From positions 1-64,000 of the forward strand of contig JBHIAV010000007.1 of the NCBI GenBank assembly GCA_046758745.1: DNA of 64,000 nucleotides. The letters are read 5' to 3'. Position numbers and translations under genes: made by a program. Below the pieces are notes generated by a model. The model saw nothing but the letters and a program-made list of their open reading frames with translations, did no database searches and was not told the DNA's origin. Numbering within the stretch: the stretch's first letter is position 1; the number at the start of each line of letters is the position of its first letter. Positions 1-10,391 of this stretch are shown in pieces. Origin of the DNA: Gemmatimonadota bacterium (GTDB lineage: Bacteria; Gemmatimonadota; Gemmatimonadetes; Palauibacterales; Palauibacteraceae).

Positions 1-420
1 GATGCGACGCTCACCATCACGCGCGTCCCGGAGATCCACTACAACCGACTCGACCTGCGGACGGCGGAGCTCCAGGACGCCACCTGGGCGCTGAACCCGA
101 GCGCCCTCATCAAGTCCAGCGCGAAGCACTCGGCCATCGTGACCGGCGGCTGGATGTTCGTGAGCGGCGGCCTGTACAACGGCGCGCCCAACTCCGCCAC
201 CGAGCACGAGTTCGCCGCGATCAACTCGGACGCCACGGTGGCCAGCTTCGGCGGAGCGACCGGGTCGGAGACGATCGTCGGCGGAGCCGGAGGCGTGCCC
301 TTCTACCACCACGCGGCCGTCGGCTATGTGGACGCAGCTGGCGCGGCGCACGTGATGATCCTCGGCGGAAACGACGTGAACAATCCCTCGACGCCGGTGG
401 CGAACGTGTACTTCTACTAG
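1..420 (+). CDS. C-terminal part of a probable Kelch/beta-propeller-like protein (5'-truncated by window edge)
   Basis: Frame 1 is open from base 1 to TAG at 420; repeated H-x-A-hydrophobic...GG motifs (KHSAIVTGGWMFVSGG; HHAAVGY...MILGG) resemble Kelch blades. Confidence 0.5.
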   Translation, partial: DATLTITRVPEIHYNRLDLRTAELQDATWALNPSALIKSSAKHSAIVTGGWMFVSGGLYNGAPNSATEHEFAAINSDATVASFGGATGSETIVGGAGGVPFYHHAAVGYVDAAGAAHVMILGGNDVNNPSTPVANVYFY

Positions 421-698
421 CCTGTCGGGACGCCTAAGGTCAGTCCCAACGTCCGGGGCCGGTCGCATCGGTGAGAGTCAGAGTCATGCTCAGCCTGTAG
501 CGGGAACGCGACAAGGCCTGCCAACGCGTTCCTGGTGGCGCCCATAACTTATTTCTTGAGAGCCGGTTGCGGTGGCCATAGCGTCTGTGACCGGAACTTG
601 CGCGGTTGGCGGGGCGGCGCTTGTTCCACGCTGTCAAGGCAATATAGCGGTAAGTTACTTTTCAGCATTCAGTTGTACTGGGTCACTGGAGAAGCTCC

Positions 699-1889
699 AT
701 GAGACGCTCAGCCCTCCTGCTCGGGGCCACGCTTTTGGTACTGGGCTGCGAAGAAGGTTCTCCGCCGGTCGCTCCTGACGCCACAGGGGAGCTTGCACTG
801 ATCGGTCCGGCCGGGACTTCGGACGTCATTGTCCTGCTCGACCCGACGTTCGCTCCCGGAGGACACGGGGCCAACAAGGCCCGCGCCGCCGAAGTGGCAA
901 GGCAATTCGGTGTTACGCCCCGACACGCCTATGGGACGGCGGTCTTCGGTTTCGCTGGCTCCGTACCGGAGGGTCGGCTGAACGCGCTCCGCCGGGACCC
1001 GCGGGTGCTGCTTGTCGAGCGCGACGGAATCGCCTCGATTCCGATCCCCCGCAGGGCCGCACCGCCGTGGTGCCCGGACAACCCCGACCATCCCGGCTGC
1101 AGCCACGACGATAACGGGGGATCCGTTGGGCAGGTGACGCCCTGGGGCATTACGCGGGTCGGCGGGCCGTGGGACGGTACGGGTAAGACAGCCTGGATCA
1201 TCGACACCGGGATCGACTTGGACCATCCCGATCTAAGCGTGGATCGGTCTCGCAGTGCGAATTTCGTTACCAGGGGCAAGGACAGCCCGGATGACGGCAA
1301 CGGCCACGGCACGCATGTGGCGGGCACCATCGGTGCCATCGACAACGCGATAGACGTTGTAGGAGCGGCCGCCGGAGCAACGGTCGTCGCGGTTCGAGTG
1401 CTCGACAACTCGGGCTCGGGAAGCGTCTCAGGCGTGGTGGCTGGAGTGGACTACGTGGCGGCGAACGGGTCCGCTGGCGATGTGGCAAACATGAGCCTCG
1501 GCGCTTCCGGCCACTTCGAGAGTCTTCATCAGGCGGTCGAGAACGCCGCTGCCAAGGGAATCCGGTTCTCGATTGCCGCGGGCAACGCCGGCGACGACGC
1601 GGGAGGCTACGAGCCCGCGCATGTGGAGCATCCCAACGTCTACACCACCTCTGCGATTGGTAAGGACGACTGCCTAGCGTCCTGGTCGAACTGGGGGAAT
1701 CCGCCGGTGGACTACGCAGCCCCAGGCGTCGGGGTCCTCTCTACAAAAAGGGGCGGCGGTACGACCACAATGAGCGGCACCTCGATGGCGGCGCCACACA
1801 TGGGAGGGGTCTTGCTGGCGTCGATAGCCACCGATGGGGCCGCGTGCAACGATCCCGATGGAAGTCCAGACCTGATCGTTCACTTCTAG
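699..1889 (+). CDS. Subtilisin-family (S8) serine peptidase lipoprotein with I9-type propeptide
   Basis: Catalytic triad motifs IIDTGID, HGTHVAGT, SGTSMAAPH; oxyanion AAGN; lipobox LVLGC; GGAG SD upstream. Confidence 0.95.
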   Translation: MRRSALLLGATLLVLGCEEGSPPVAPDATGELALIGPAGTSDVIVLLDPTFAPGGHGANKARAAEVARQFGVTPRHAYGTAVFGFAGSVPEGRLNALRRDPRVLLVERDGIASIPIPRRAAPPWCPDNPDHPGCSHDDNGGSVGQVTPWGITRVGGPWDGTGKTAWIIDTGIDLDHPDLSVDRSRSANFVTRGKDSPDDGNGHGTHVAGTIGAIDNAIDVVGAAAGATVVAVRVLDNSGSGSVSGVVAGVDYVAANGSAGDVANMSLGASGHFESLHQAVENAAAKGIRFSIAAGNAGDDAGGYEPAHVEHPNVYTTSAIGKDDCLASWSNWGNPPVDYAAPGVGVLSTKRGGGTTTMSGTSMAAPHMGGVLLASIATDGAACNDPDGSPDLIVHF

Positions 1890-2007
1890 CGCCAGTACGT
1901 CGGTTCGGCCGGTAACGCTGATCCCTCGGGTTCCGGCCTGCTCCACCACTCCGTGGCCTCGCCTGCCTCGGTCCGGCGGGCCGAGAAGGTGGGGCGAAGC
2001 TGCCCGC

Positions 2008-2730
2008 ATGAAGCTCACCTTCCTCGGCACGCGCGGGGAGATCGAGGCGCGGACGCCTCGCCACCGCATGCACGCCTCGCTCGAGGTCGCGTATCGCCGG
2101 CGGCGGGTGATGCTCGACTGCGGGCTCGATTGGAAGGGTCGGGTGTGGGAGCTCGGCCCACACGCGATCCTGGTCACCCACGCGCACCCCGACCACGCCT
2201 TCGGACTCGAGGACGGAGCGCCCTGTCCGGTGTTCGCCACCCAGGCGGCGTGGGAGGGCATGGCCGCCTATCCGATCGAGGAGTGCCGCCTGCTGGCGCC
2301 GCGGGAACCGGTCCAAGTCGAGGGGATCACGTTCGAGGCCTTTCCCATTGAGCACTCGCTCCGCGCTCCTGCCGTCGGCTACCGGATCACCGCGGGCTCG
2401 GTCGCGATCTTCTACGCGCCCGACGTCGTGTACATCTACGATCGGGAGGCAGCCCTCTCCGGCGCTCGGCTGTACGTCGGCGACGGGTCCACCCTCACCC
2501 GCTCCTTCGTCCGCCGCCGCGGGGAGCGGCTGATCGGACACGCGCCGGTCCGGACCCAGCTCACGTGGTGCCGGAAGGAGGGGGTCCCTCGCGCCATCCT
2601 CACGCACTGCGGGTCGGAGATCGTGGGAGGAGATGAGCCGAGGCTTCGCGCGAAGCTGCGCGAGCTCGCCGCGGAGCGCGGGGTGGAGGCCGAGCTCGCT
2701 CACGACGGGATGGAGATCGTGCTCCGGTAG
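2008..2730 (+). CDS. MBL-fold metallo-hydrolase
   Basis: MKLTFLGT start, LDCG, THAHPDH metal motif, EHS, late ILTH. Confidence 0.9.
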   Translation: MKLTFLGTRGEIEARTPRHRMHASLEVAYRRRRVMLDCGLDWKGRVWELGPHAILVTHAHPDHAFGLEDGAPCPVFATQAAWEGMAAYPIEECRLLAPREPVQVEGITFEAFPIEHSLRAPAVGYRITAGSVAIFYAPDVVYIYDREAALSGARLYVGDGSTLTRSFVRRRGERLIGHAPVRTQLTWCRKEGVPRAILTHCGSEIVGGDEPRLRAKLRELAAERGVEAELAHDGMEIVLR

Positions 2731-2848
2731 GGCCTGGCCTCGCGTAGGCGGACTTTGTACGCGAGCTTTGGAGGACGCAACCTGATCCCCCAATGCTAGG
2801 TTTCTATGTATCGGCTTCTTTCCGCAGGCGACCCGCCCGGCGCGTCCC

Positions 2849-4462
2849 TCACCGCCTCGCGTCGCGCGGAATCCACCACTCCGTCACGAACTGAAGCGGG
2901 CTGCCGATCCCCGGCCGCACGTTCCTCAGACGAGGCCCGACGGCCAGCAGCCGGGGGGCGTAGGCGGTGTAGAGGATCGGGACGTCCTCGGCCAGGTGGC
3001 GCTGCAGCGCCCCGTAGAGCTCCTTCAGCTCCTCGCGCTCCATGGCAGCGTTCAGCCTGTCGAGCACCGAGTCCACCGCCGCGCTTACGTACGACGCGAT
3101 GTTCATCGGACTCGAGGAGGCATACGTGCCGGAGAGGTCCGGGTGGAGGATCCGCTCCGGGACGAAGGTGAGCGCCATCGCCTCCGGACGCGCGTCTGGA
3201 TCCTGCAGTCGACGCACATAGCTCGCCCACTCCATGAACTCGAGATCCGCCTGGATGCCGTGCCGCCGGAGCTGTCCCTGGACGGCCGTGAGCAGGTTCC
3301 TCAGAAGGGGTGGCGAGGTGATGGTGAAGCGAAGCTCCTCGCCCGCCGCGTTCAAGCGCGTCCCGCCGCCGTCGACCGGGCGCCAGCCCGCCGCCTCGAG
3401 GAGTGAGTCGGCGAGGGCGGGGTCCGCGTCCGGCTGGCCCGTCGCCGGCTCGAGCCACGGGCTGGATGGCGGCAGCTCCGTCCGCGCGGGCCTGGCCAGG
3501 GGAGAGATCACGGCGGCGAGCTCGTCCCGCACCAGCGACGCCGAGAGGGCTCGTCGAACAGCAGCTTCGCTAAAGAGAGGCGTGCGGGTGTCGAGCACGA
3601 TGACCTGAACCGCCGATGGCTCGAGCGGCAGGATTTCTATTCCCTCGACTGCCTGCAGCTCGTCCGCCACGGCGGAGCCGGTGACGCACGCGTCCGCCCC
3701 ACCTGTCCGCAGCTCGGCGATGCGTGTCACGTCTTCGGCGATGGGCCGGACGATGAGGCGGTCGAGGTATGCATCTCCCAGCTCTTCGGGGAACGCGGGA
3801 GCGCGCTCGAATGCCAGCGAGCCATCCGGATTGCGCGCCACGAGCCGGTAGGGGCCGCTTCCGATCGGTTCCCGATGGTAGGAGGCCCGGGTGAACTCCT
3901 CGGAGTCCAGCTCGCCCAGGAGATGGTGCGGAAGGATGGGAATGCCGACGAAGGGCTCCAGGCCGGCCGCGAACGGGGTGGAGAAGCGGATCTCGACCCT
4001 GACCGGATCCAGCGCCGTCGCCTCCAAGAGCGTCTCCAGGTCGGGTCCGCTCCACGCGCCGTAGTCCGGATTCGCCGCGGTGCGTAGCGTCCACGCCACG
4101 TCCTCCGCAGACACGGGGGCGCCGTCGTGCCACTCGACATCGGAGCGGATCTCGAGCGCCAGCCGCTGATGCGCCTCGTCCCAGCTCCACTCTTTCGCGA
4201 GGTAGGGCTCTATCTCTCCGTCCTCGCCGTACCGCACGAGCGGCGTGAAGAGGAGGGAAGCTAGGTCCGCGGAGAACTGGTCGGGGGAGAGGAAGGGGTT
4301 GAGGCTTTCGGGTTGACCCTCCAGGCAGACCACGGCGAGGCCGCCCGCGCGATCGTCCGGGTCGCCGCCGGCAGCGACTCGCGAAGAATCTGTCCCTCCG
4401 TCCCCGCAGCCCCAGGCCGTGGCGGCCATCAGCGCTGCGAATCGCGCCAGGAGGGGCGGCAT
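2849..4462 (-). CDS. ABC transporter substrate-binding lipoprotein, family 5 (Opp/Dpp-like)
   Basis: Lipobox AWGC; LNP, PYLAKEW, WHDGAPVSAEDVAWT, PIGSGPY motifs; start set at MPPLL (4462) rather than 4534. Confidence 0.9.
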   Translation of the reverse strand: MPPLLARFAALMAATAWGCGDGGTDSSRVAAGGDPDDRAGGLAVVCLEGQPESLNPFLSPDQFSADLASLLFTPLVRYGEDGEIEPYLAKEWSWDEAHQRLALEIRSDVEWHDGAPVSAEDVAWTLRTAANPDYGAWSGPDLETLLEATALDPVRVEIRFSTPFAAGLEPFVGIPILPHHLLGELDSEEFTRASYHREPIGSGPYRLVARNPDGSLAFERAPAFPEELGDAYLDRLIVRPIAEDVTRIAELRTGGADACVTGSAVADELQAVEGIEILPLEPSAVQVIVLDTRTPLFSEAAVRRALSASLVRDELAAVISPLARPARTELPPSSPWLEPATGQPDADPALADSLLEAAGWRPVDGGGTRLNAAGEELRFTITSPPLLRNLLTAVQGQLRRHGIQADLEFMEWASYVRRLQDPDARPEAMALTFVPERILHPDLSGTYASSSPMNIASYVSAAVDSVLDRLNAAMEREELKELYGALQRHLAEDVPILYTAYAPRLLAVGPRLRNVRPGIGSPLQFVTEWWIPRDARR

Positions 4463-4530
4463 TCCCGCTTCTCGCCTCCGCACCCCGGGGGACCTCCGAC
4501 AGGGTGCCGCCTGCATGACCGCCCTTCTCG

Positions 4531-7329
4531 TCACGTCACCGGCGCTGTCAGAAGACTCTCCGCGCGCCGGCGCATCGGCTCCGTTCCAAGTTCCTCGAAC
4601 ACCGCAAGTGCTTCTCGGATCGCTTCGCTGCTACGCGCCGCATCGCTCGCCGTCAGCAGCTCGCCCCGGAGGAGGCGGAAGCAGGCCCACTCGTATCGAT
4701 CGCGCGATCGAAGCGCCTCCTCGGCGCTTTCGACATGCCTCAGAGCTCCTTCCGCATCGCCTTCTGCCGCCGCGAGACGGGCGCCGAGGCGGTGGAACGC
4801 TTCGTGGCTCTCCGTCCACTCCCCGGCGTCCCCGAGGCCCTTCTCGGCGGACTCGAACGCTGCTCGCGCGGCGCCGAGGTCGCCCTCCTCCAACCGCCCG
4901 ATCCCGAGCCCGCAATCGGCGGTGACCGCATCCTCCGTGTATCCGACCTCGAGTGCCTTTTCCCTCAGAGCTCGCCAGTACTCCAGCGCTCTCTCTCGGT
5001 CCCCACGAGCCTCGGCCAGCTCGGCCAGGTTCAGCAGGACGTGCAACATGAACTTGGCGGAGTCCAGCCGACGGGTGATGCGGAGCGCTTCTTCCAGGTT
5101 CTCCTCCGCGCCCTCGAAGTCACCCATACGGCTCAGCAGTGTGCCCAGGTTGTTCTTCACGCTGTTCATGCTCACGGGATCGCCGATTTCCCGGAAAGTG
5201 GCGGCCGCGGCATTGAGCTCCTCGACGGCTTGCTCATACCGGCCCACCAGGACGTACCCGATCCCGAGAACGTTGTGGCACAAGCCCACGCGTTCCCGAT
5301 CGCCCAACTCCTCTGCGAGCTCGAGAGACGTGGTCAGGTGGTCGATTCCCTGGGCGGGGTCCTCGCCGAAAACAAGCAAGGATCCCAGATGGTAGCGGGC
5401 TTCCTTGATGAGTCGCTTGTCCTCAAGACGCTCTGCGATTTGCAGCGCCTTGAGCAGAGCCAGATGGGTGCCCTTCGCGGCCCGCACGGCCTCGGGCATG
5501 TTCCGGAAGGTGAAGAGGGCATGGCACACCTCGGTGTCAGCCCCAAGCTCGCTGGCCTCCCGGACTACCTGTTTTAGATCCCCGAGTAGCTCCCCCGCCG
5601 GCCTGTGGCCGTATTCCAGGTCCACGCCGATGATCTTGCGACGGAGAGAGACGGCTTGGGTCCTATCGCCTGCGTCTTCGGTGAGCCTGAGTGCCTCTCC
5701 GAAGTAGTTCAGCGCCTCCGGGAACTTGCCGATCAGTTGGTGCTGCGTTCCGAGACGGTCGAGGACCTTGACCCGCTTCTCATCGGTCTGGCTGTTTCGC
5801 AGCGCCAGGCGAAGCAGCTCCGACGCGTCCAGGTGCGCGTACATGTCGGAGGCGCGATCGGCCGCCAGAACCGCGCACTCGAAGGCCCGCTCCGGCTGAC
5901 GTCCTTCGTCGTAGTGGACGGCGAGCTTGTTGTCGACCTCGCTCGTCTCCGAGCCGTACAACTCGAGCAGCGTCTCGGCTATTTTCCGGTGCAGGAGGAT
6001 GCGTCGCTTGCCCTTCAGCTTGCCGTGCAGGATGTCCTGGACGAGCGAGTGGCCGAAGAGATAGACGCTGGAGACCTCGCCGCTGGGGAAGTCCCGCGTC
6101 TCGGTCAGACGGATCAGCTGGTGGACGCGCTCGATCGGCTTGAGGGATTCCTCGAGTTCGAGCTCGTCCATGTCCAGGAGTTTCGCGAGGATCACAGAGT
6201 GGAACTCGTCGCCTTCGGCGCTCGCGTACTCTAGGACGCGGTACACTTCCGGATCCAGGCGCTCGAGGCGCCGTTCGAGGGCAGCCTCCGCCGACCGGGG
6301 GATCTCGACCTCCTCCGGATGCTGGACCAGGTCCCATTCCCCTTCGCGCTCATGCGCGTATCCCTGGTCGACCAACCAGTCGACCAGCGTCCCGAAGAAG
6401 AGCGGATTGGATCCGGCGCGCCGCACAAGCCACTCTCGAAGCGGCGGAGAGGCCGGCGCGCCGAGCTTCTTCTCGAGCAGCTCGCCTAGGCTGTCCGGGT
6501 CCAGAGCTGTCAGCCGAAGCTCCTCCGCGACGCCGTACCGTTCGAGCTCCTGGCGTACCTTCTTGATCGGGTGGTCGGACGCGTCGACATCGACCGGCCG
6601 GTAGGTACCGAGGATCAGGACGCGGCTCTCCTCGATTCTTCGCCCCAGGTGGTGGAGCAGGGTGACGGAGGCCCGGTCGGCCCAGTGCAAGTCGTCGATG
6701 AAGAGGATGACGGGTTGCTCCGCCGCGGCGGTGTGCAGGAGCTCGGTGTACTGGAAGAAGAGGGCTTCTTCGCTCGCTGCCATCGGCGCGGACCTCGCCT
6801 CCTTGATGGTTCTTGCGGTGACGAGGCTCGCCTCGAGGACGTTCCCGACCACCGGGATCGCGCCGATCCAGTCCGGCGCCACCTCCTTCGCCACTTGCAT
6901 GAAGGTGGCCTTTCCTCCATCCCCCTCCTTCTTCTGATCCTTGATGGTCTTGGCCGTGGAGACACCGGCCTTCATGATGTCCCCGACCACCGGGACCAAG
7001 CCTAGCCAGGCCGGTGCGATCTCCTTGGCCATTTGCGCCAGCGTCGCCTTGCCGCCGGAACGGCCGCCCTCCCTCAGCAGCTCGCTGAATGCCTCGATGA
7101 ACGGCTGGTAGGGCTCGCCCGCCCCGAACTGCTCGGAGCAGATCGAGTCGACGATCTTGGGAGCGGGCGTCGCGGCCGTCGCCTCCTGGAGGAACTGCTC
7201 GATGAGAGTGCTCTTGCCCGCTCCGGCCTCGCCTGTGATGAAGACGACGCTGCCGCGACCCTCAACAGCCGCCGAGAAGCGGCCCTTGAGTCGCTGGAGC
7301 TCCTGAGCACGGCCGACGAACACGCTCAT
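4531..7329 (-). CDS. STAND-type (AAA_16-like) ATPase with C-terminal TPR repeats
   Basis: FVGR..EL, Walker A GEAGAGKS, Walker B ILFIDDLHWAD, GSNPLF, F-x-H-x-L motif, many TPR-like helices. Confidence 0.9.
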   Translation of the reverse strand: MSVFVGRAQELQRLKGRFSAAVEGRGSVVFITGEAGAGKSTLIEQFLQEATAATPAPKIVDSICSEQFGAGEPYQPFIEAFSELLREGGRSGGKATLAQMAKEIAPAWLGLVPVVGDIMKAGVSTAKTIKDQKKEGDGGKATFMQVAKEVAPDWIGAIPVVGNVLEASLVTARTIKEARSAPMAASEEALFFQYTELLHTAAAEQPVILFIDDLHWADRASVTLLHHLGRRIEESRVLILGTYRPVDVDASDHPIKKVRQELERYGVAEELRLTALDPDSLGELLEKKLGAPASPPLREWLVRRAGSNPLFFGTLVDWLVDQGYAHEREGEWDLVQHPEEVEIPRSAEAALERRLERLDPEVYRVLEYASAEGDEFHSVILAKLLDMDELELEESLKPIERVHQLIRLTETRDFPSGEVSSVYLFGHSLVQDILHGKLKGKRRILLHRKIAETLLELYGSETSEVDNKLAVHYDEGRQPERAFECAVLAADRASDMYAHLDASELLRLALRNSQTDEKRVKVLDRLGTQHQLIGKFPEALNYFGEALRLTEDAGDRTQAVSLRRKIIGVDLEYGHRPAGELLGDLKQVVREASELGADTEVCHALFTFRNMPEAVRAAKGTHLALLKALQIAERLEDKRLIKEARYHLGSLLVFGEDPAQGIDHLTTSLELAEELGDRERVGLCHNVLGIGYVLVGRYEQAVEELNAAAATFREIGDPVSMNSVKNNLGTLLSRMGDFEGAEENLEEALRITRRLDSAKFMLHVLLNLAELAEARGDRERALEYWRALREKALEVGYTEDAVTADCGLGIGRLEEGDLGAARAAFESAEKGLGDAGEWTESHEAFHRLGARLAAAEGDAEGALRHVESAEEALRSRDRYEWACFRLLRGELLTASDAARSSEAIREALAVFEELGTEPMRRRAESLLTAPVT

Positions 7330-7453
7330 GTCGGATCGAGGGGGAGAAGTCGGAACCTGGCGTGTGGAGCGGACGCTCCCAGATGAAGGATGAAAGATCA
7401 AGCCCCGGCGCGCAACTCGGCGGCCCGCCGGGGCTGATAAGTGGCTGCGGATC

Positions 7454-9064
7454 TCAGCGAGTGGACCAGCGACCGTCGTTCGTCGTCAGAGCGCACGAGT
7501 TCGGCACGCTCAGCTGTACGAAGGCCGATGTGATCTTGGGCTTCTTCCCATGGGCCTTCGCCGATTCCGGCCACCCGTCGCCAGCCGTGCTGAGCGCGAT
7601 CTGTACGGTCTCGTGCGGGAGTCCCGTCGCGGAGACCAGGACCTTCCAGACCGGCCTGCCGTCCTCGAACCCGTTCGGCTGCAACTTGGATGACAAGACC
7701 GCATTGAAGCCGGCCACGGCCGCGAGCGAGCCCGACCAGCGGCTCGGATCCGTGGTACACTCTCCGGCGCTGTCATCGGGAGGGCAAGAGTAGGGCATCT
7801 CCAGGTTGAGCGTGGTCGAGGCATTCCGGTTCCGCACCCGGAACGTGGCGTCGCCCTCGCTGCCGACATGGAACCACCAGGCCACGAAAGCCCACGGATC
7901 GGCCGTGAGCACGATGTCCTGCGGGTTGCTGGCGGTGGCCGCCAGGTGCGCCTGGTATCCGAACTTCACCTCAGGGTCCGAGGCCATGACGTCCGGCGGA
8001 TCTCCCCTGAGCTCGATCTTGTTCGGGTCACCGTCGTCGGGGGCCTCGAACTGCCCGTCCACGGCGCACATCGTGTACGTCGCCGAAACCGGGGGCGGGT
8101 CGCCCGCCGGCAAGCCGGCCAGCTCCAGGGTCCCCGTGAAGAACGCGCCGTTGCCGTCGGCCACCAGCTCCTGCTCGACGACGAAGGAGGGAAGAGTGCA
8201 GGCGTCGGCCGGCACGGTGAGGCCGTCCTTGTCCCCGATGATGAGCGGAACCGCCGCATTTCCCGGATTCGCCCCGATGAGGACGGCGACGTGCTGGTCG
8301 TCGTCGAGGCCCCCCGGTCTCCATCCCGGCACCTGGTTCAGGCTGCCGGCGGGAGCCCCATCGCACAGGGGAACGAGCAGGTAGCCATCGGGCGACAGGG
8401 TCATCCCCGTTGTGCTCGAGTTGCTGCCGGGGGCCCGGAAGAGCACGTCGAAGGCGGTGCCGAGCGGCGGGACGAGCGTGATGACGGCGTCCGGGTCCGG
8501 ACCGTTGCCATCGTTCCTGTCGAAGGTGATCGAGGGATGGTTCACGCATCCGTCGACGAGGAAGGGCCTCCATGCCGGAGCGGAGGTGAGCGCGTGATCG
8601 GCGTCCGGGTTCAGCCAGGTCACCACCGCGCCGCGGGGGCCCGGCTCCGTCAGTTCCAGCTCCACACCCCCCACCGGCGGGACGAACGGGGGCACGCCGC
8701 CGATCAGGGCCGGGTCGCTCTCCGTGTTGACGGGTCTCGCAACGATGCACCCGGCGGCAGGCGCCGCGATGTCGAGCACGGCGCTGCCATCCGAGGTCAC
8801 GTCGAAGATGTCGTTGTTGCCATCGGCGGCGGAGAGGAACGACACGACCCAGGTGCCGGCAACCGGACTCCCTCCGGGCGCGTCGAGGAGGTTGACCTGG
8901 ACGTTCACCATCCGGGTCGGCGGTCCTCCCCCGAACTGCGGTCCGGGCACGTCTTCGGTGGGTGGTTGAGTGGGGGGCGACTCGTGGCAGCCGGCCAGAC
9001 CGACGGCAGCGGCGACCATCAAGAGAAGCAGGGTCCGGACGGTGATAGGGGAGGGGCGGGACAT
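7454..9064 (-). CDS. Hypothetical secreted lipoprotein
   Basis: GGAGGTG SD before ATG 9064; signal peptide with lipobox LAGC; long ORF with GC3 bias; no family recognised. Confidence 0.75.
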   Translation of the reverse strand: MSRPSPITVRTLLLLMVAAAVGLAGCHESPPTQPPTEDVPGPQFGGGPPTRMVNVQVNLLDAPGGSPVAGTWVVSFLSAADGNNDIFDVTSDGSAVLDIAAPAAGCIVARPVNTESDPALIGGVPPFVPPVGGVELELTEPGPRGAVVTWLNPDADHALTSAPAWRPFLVDGCVNHPSITFDRNDGNGPDPDAVITLVPPLGTAFDVLFRAPGSNSSTTGMTLSPDGYLLVPLCDGAPAGSLNQVPGWRPGGLDDDQHVAVLIGANPGNAAVPLIIGDKDGLTVPADACTLPSFVVEQELVADGNGAFFTGTLELAGLPAGDPPPVSATYTMCAVDGQFEAPDDGDPNKIELRGDPPDVMASDPEVKFGYQAHLAATASNPQDIVLTADPWAFVAWWFHVGSEGDATFRVRNRNASTTLNLEMPYSCPPDDSAGECTTDPSRWSGSLAAVAGFNAVLSSKLQPNGFEDGRPVWKVLVSATGLPHETVQIALSTAGDGWPESAKAHGKKPKITSAFVQLSVPNSCALTTNDGRWSTR

Positions 9065-9305
9065 TGGACACCTCCGTCGCGGCGATGATGCTTCGAAGCC
9101 GAAGCGAGACGCGCGGGTGACCAGCTCGGGCGAAGTCCGCACCCGCAGTCGGGGTTGCCAACCCCTTGGCAGCTCTTAAAATATCGGGCGCTGCCCGCAG
9201 TGGTGTCAAGCAGTCCCTGATGCGGCCCGACGGACTCCGCGTCGCAGGTTCGCCTCCGCTACCCACGCCTCGCGCGGTGCGGCGGATCACCTAGATTGGC
9301 GTCTT

Positions 9306-10208
9306 GTGAATCTGAAACCGATCGCCCGGGCCTTCGCGCCCTCACTCCTCCTGGCCCTCGCTGCCGTCCTGTGGGCCTCGCCGCTTCGCGCCCAGCCGCG
9401 AGTCCCCGACCCGGTCGGCTACGTGAACGATTTCGCGAGCGTGATCGACCCGGCGGATGAGGAGGCGATCGGCCGCATCATCGACGAGGTGCGGGCGAAG
9501 TCGGGCGGCGAGATCGTCGTGGTGACGATGCCGAGCCTCGGCGGCCTCTCGCGGAACGAGCTCGCCCACCGGATCGGGAACGAGTGGGGGGTGGGGAAGA
9601 AGGGGGAGCCCGGCGATCCGGCGCGTCTCACCGGGACGCTGATCCTCGTGGTGCCGAAGGAGACGTCGGATGATGGACGCGGGCACGTAGAGATCGCCCT
9701 CGCCTTCGGAGCGAACACCTTCATCACGGCGACGGAAGCGGGTCGCATCCGCGACCGCTACATGGTCCCGGCCTTCCGGGAGCGGGACTACGGGCGGGGG
9801 ATCCTCCTCGGCGTGGCGGCGATCGCGGAAGACTACGCGGAGCGGTTCGGCTTCGAGCTCACGGGGGAGCTTCCGGCGGGCCTCGCCGGTCGCGAGGAGG
9901 GGGAGGGCGACGCGCCCTCTCCGGCGGCGTTCCTCATCATGCTCGCCCTCTTCCTCGTCGTCTTCGTCATCCTCATCGCGGTGGCGCGTCGCAGCGGGGG
10001 TGGGCCGCCCGGCGGTCGCGGCGGCGGAGTCGGGCCGGGTGGCTGGGGCAGGGGGCCGATCATCTTCCCGGTCCCGATGGGCGGCCGGCACCGCGGCGGC
10101 TGGGGCGGCTTCGGGGGTGGCCTCGGCGGTGGTGGCTTCGGAGGTGGGTTCGGGGGGTTCGGTGGTGGCGGGGGGTTCGGCGGCGGCGGTGCGGGAGGGA
10201 GCTGGTGA
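9306..10208 (+). CDS. TPM-domain (YgcG-like) membrane protein with Gly-rich tail
   Basis: VGYVNDFA, EIVVVT, WGVG, P-x-FR-x-x-DY motifs; TM helix; GGFGGFGGGGGFGGGGAGGSW end. Confidence 0.92.
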   Translation: MNLKPIARAFAPSLLLALAAVLWASPLRAQPRVPDPVGYVNDFASVIDPADEEAIGRIIDEVRAKSGGEIVVVTMPSLGGLSRNELAHRIGNEWGVGKKGEPGDPARLTGTLILVVPKETSDDGRGHVEIALAFGANTFITATEAGRIRDRYMVPAFRERDYGRGILLGVAAIAEDYAERFGFELTGELPAGLAGREEGEGDAPSPAAFLIMLALFLVVFVILIAVARRSGGGPPGGRGGGVGPGGWGRGPIIFPVPMGGRHRGGWGGFGGGLGGGGFGGGFGGFGGGGGFGGGGAGGSW

Positions 10209-10391
10209 ATGGTGGGCGCATGTGAGGCGGCGACTGCGCGGCGGCCTGGGGGGAGCTGGCAATGATGAGCACCTGTGACGCGGGGACTCCGCGGCGGCAG
10301 GGAGGGAGCCGCTGGTGAAAGGGATGCTGCAGCAGCGAGCCGGGGCGCTTGGCAGCGGCCCGGGAGAGCCGGTGAAGGAGGTCGAACATAC

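Noticed and set aside
4531-7329. STAND-TPR protein as an Avs-type antiphage system
   Set aside because: No nuclease, TIR, SIR2 or protease effector and no defence-island context; it resembles regulatory AAA_16-TPR proteins
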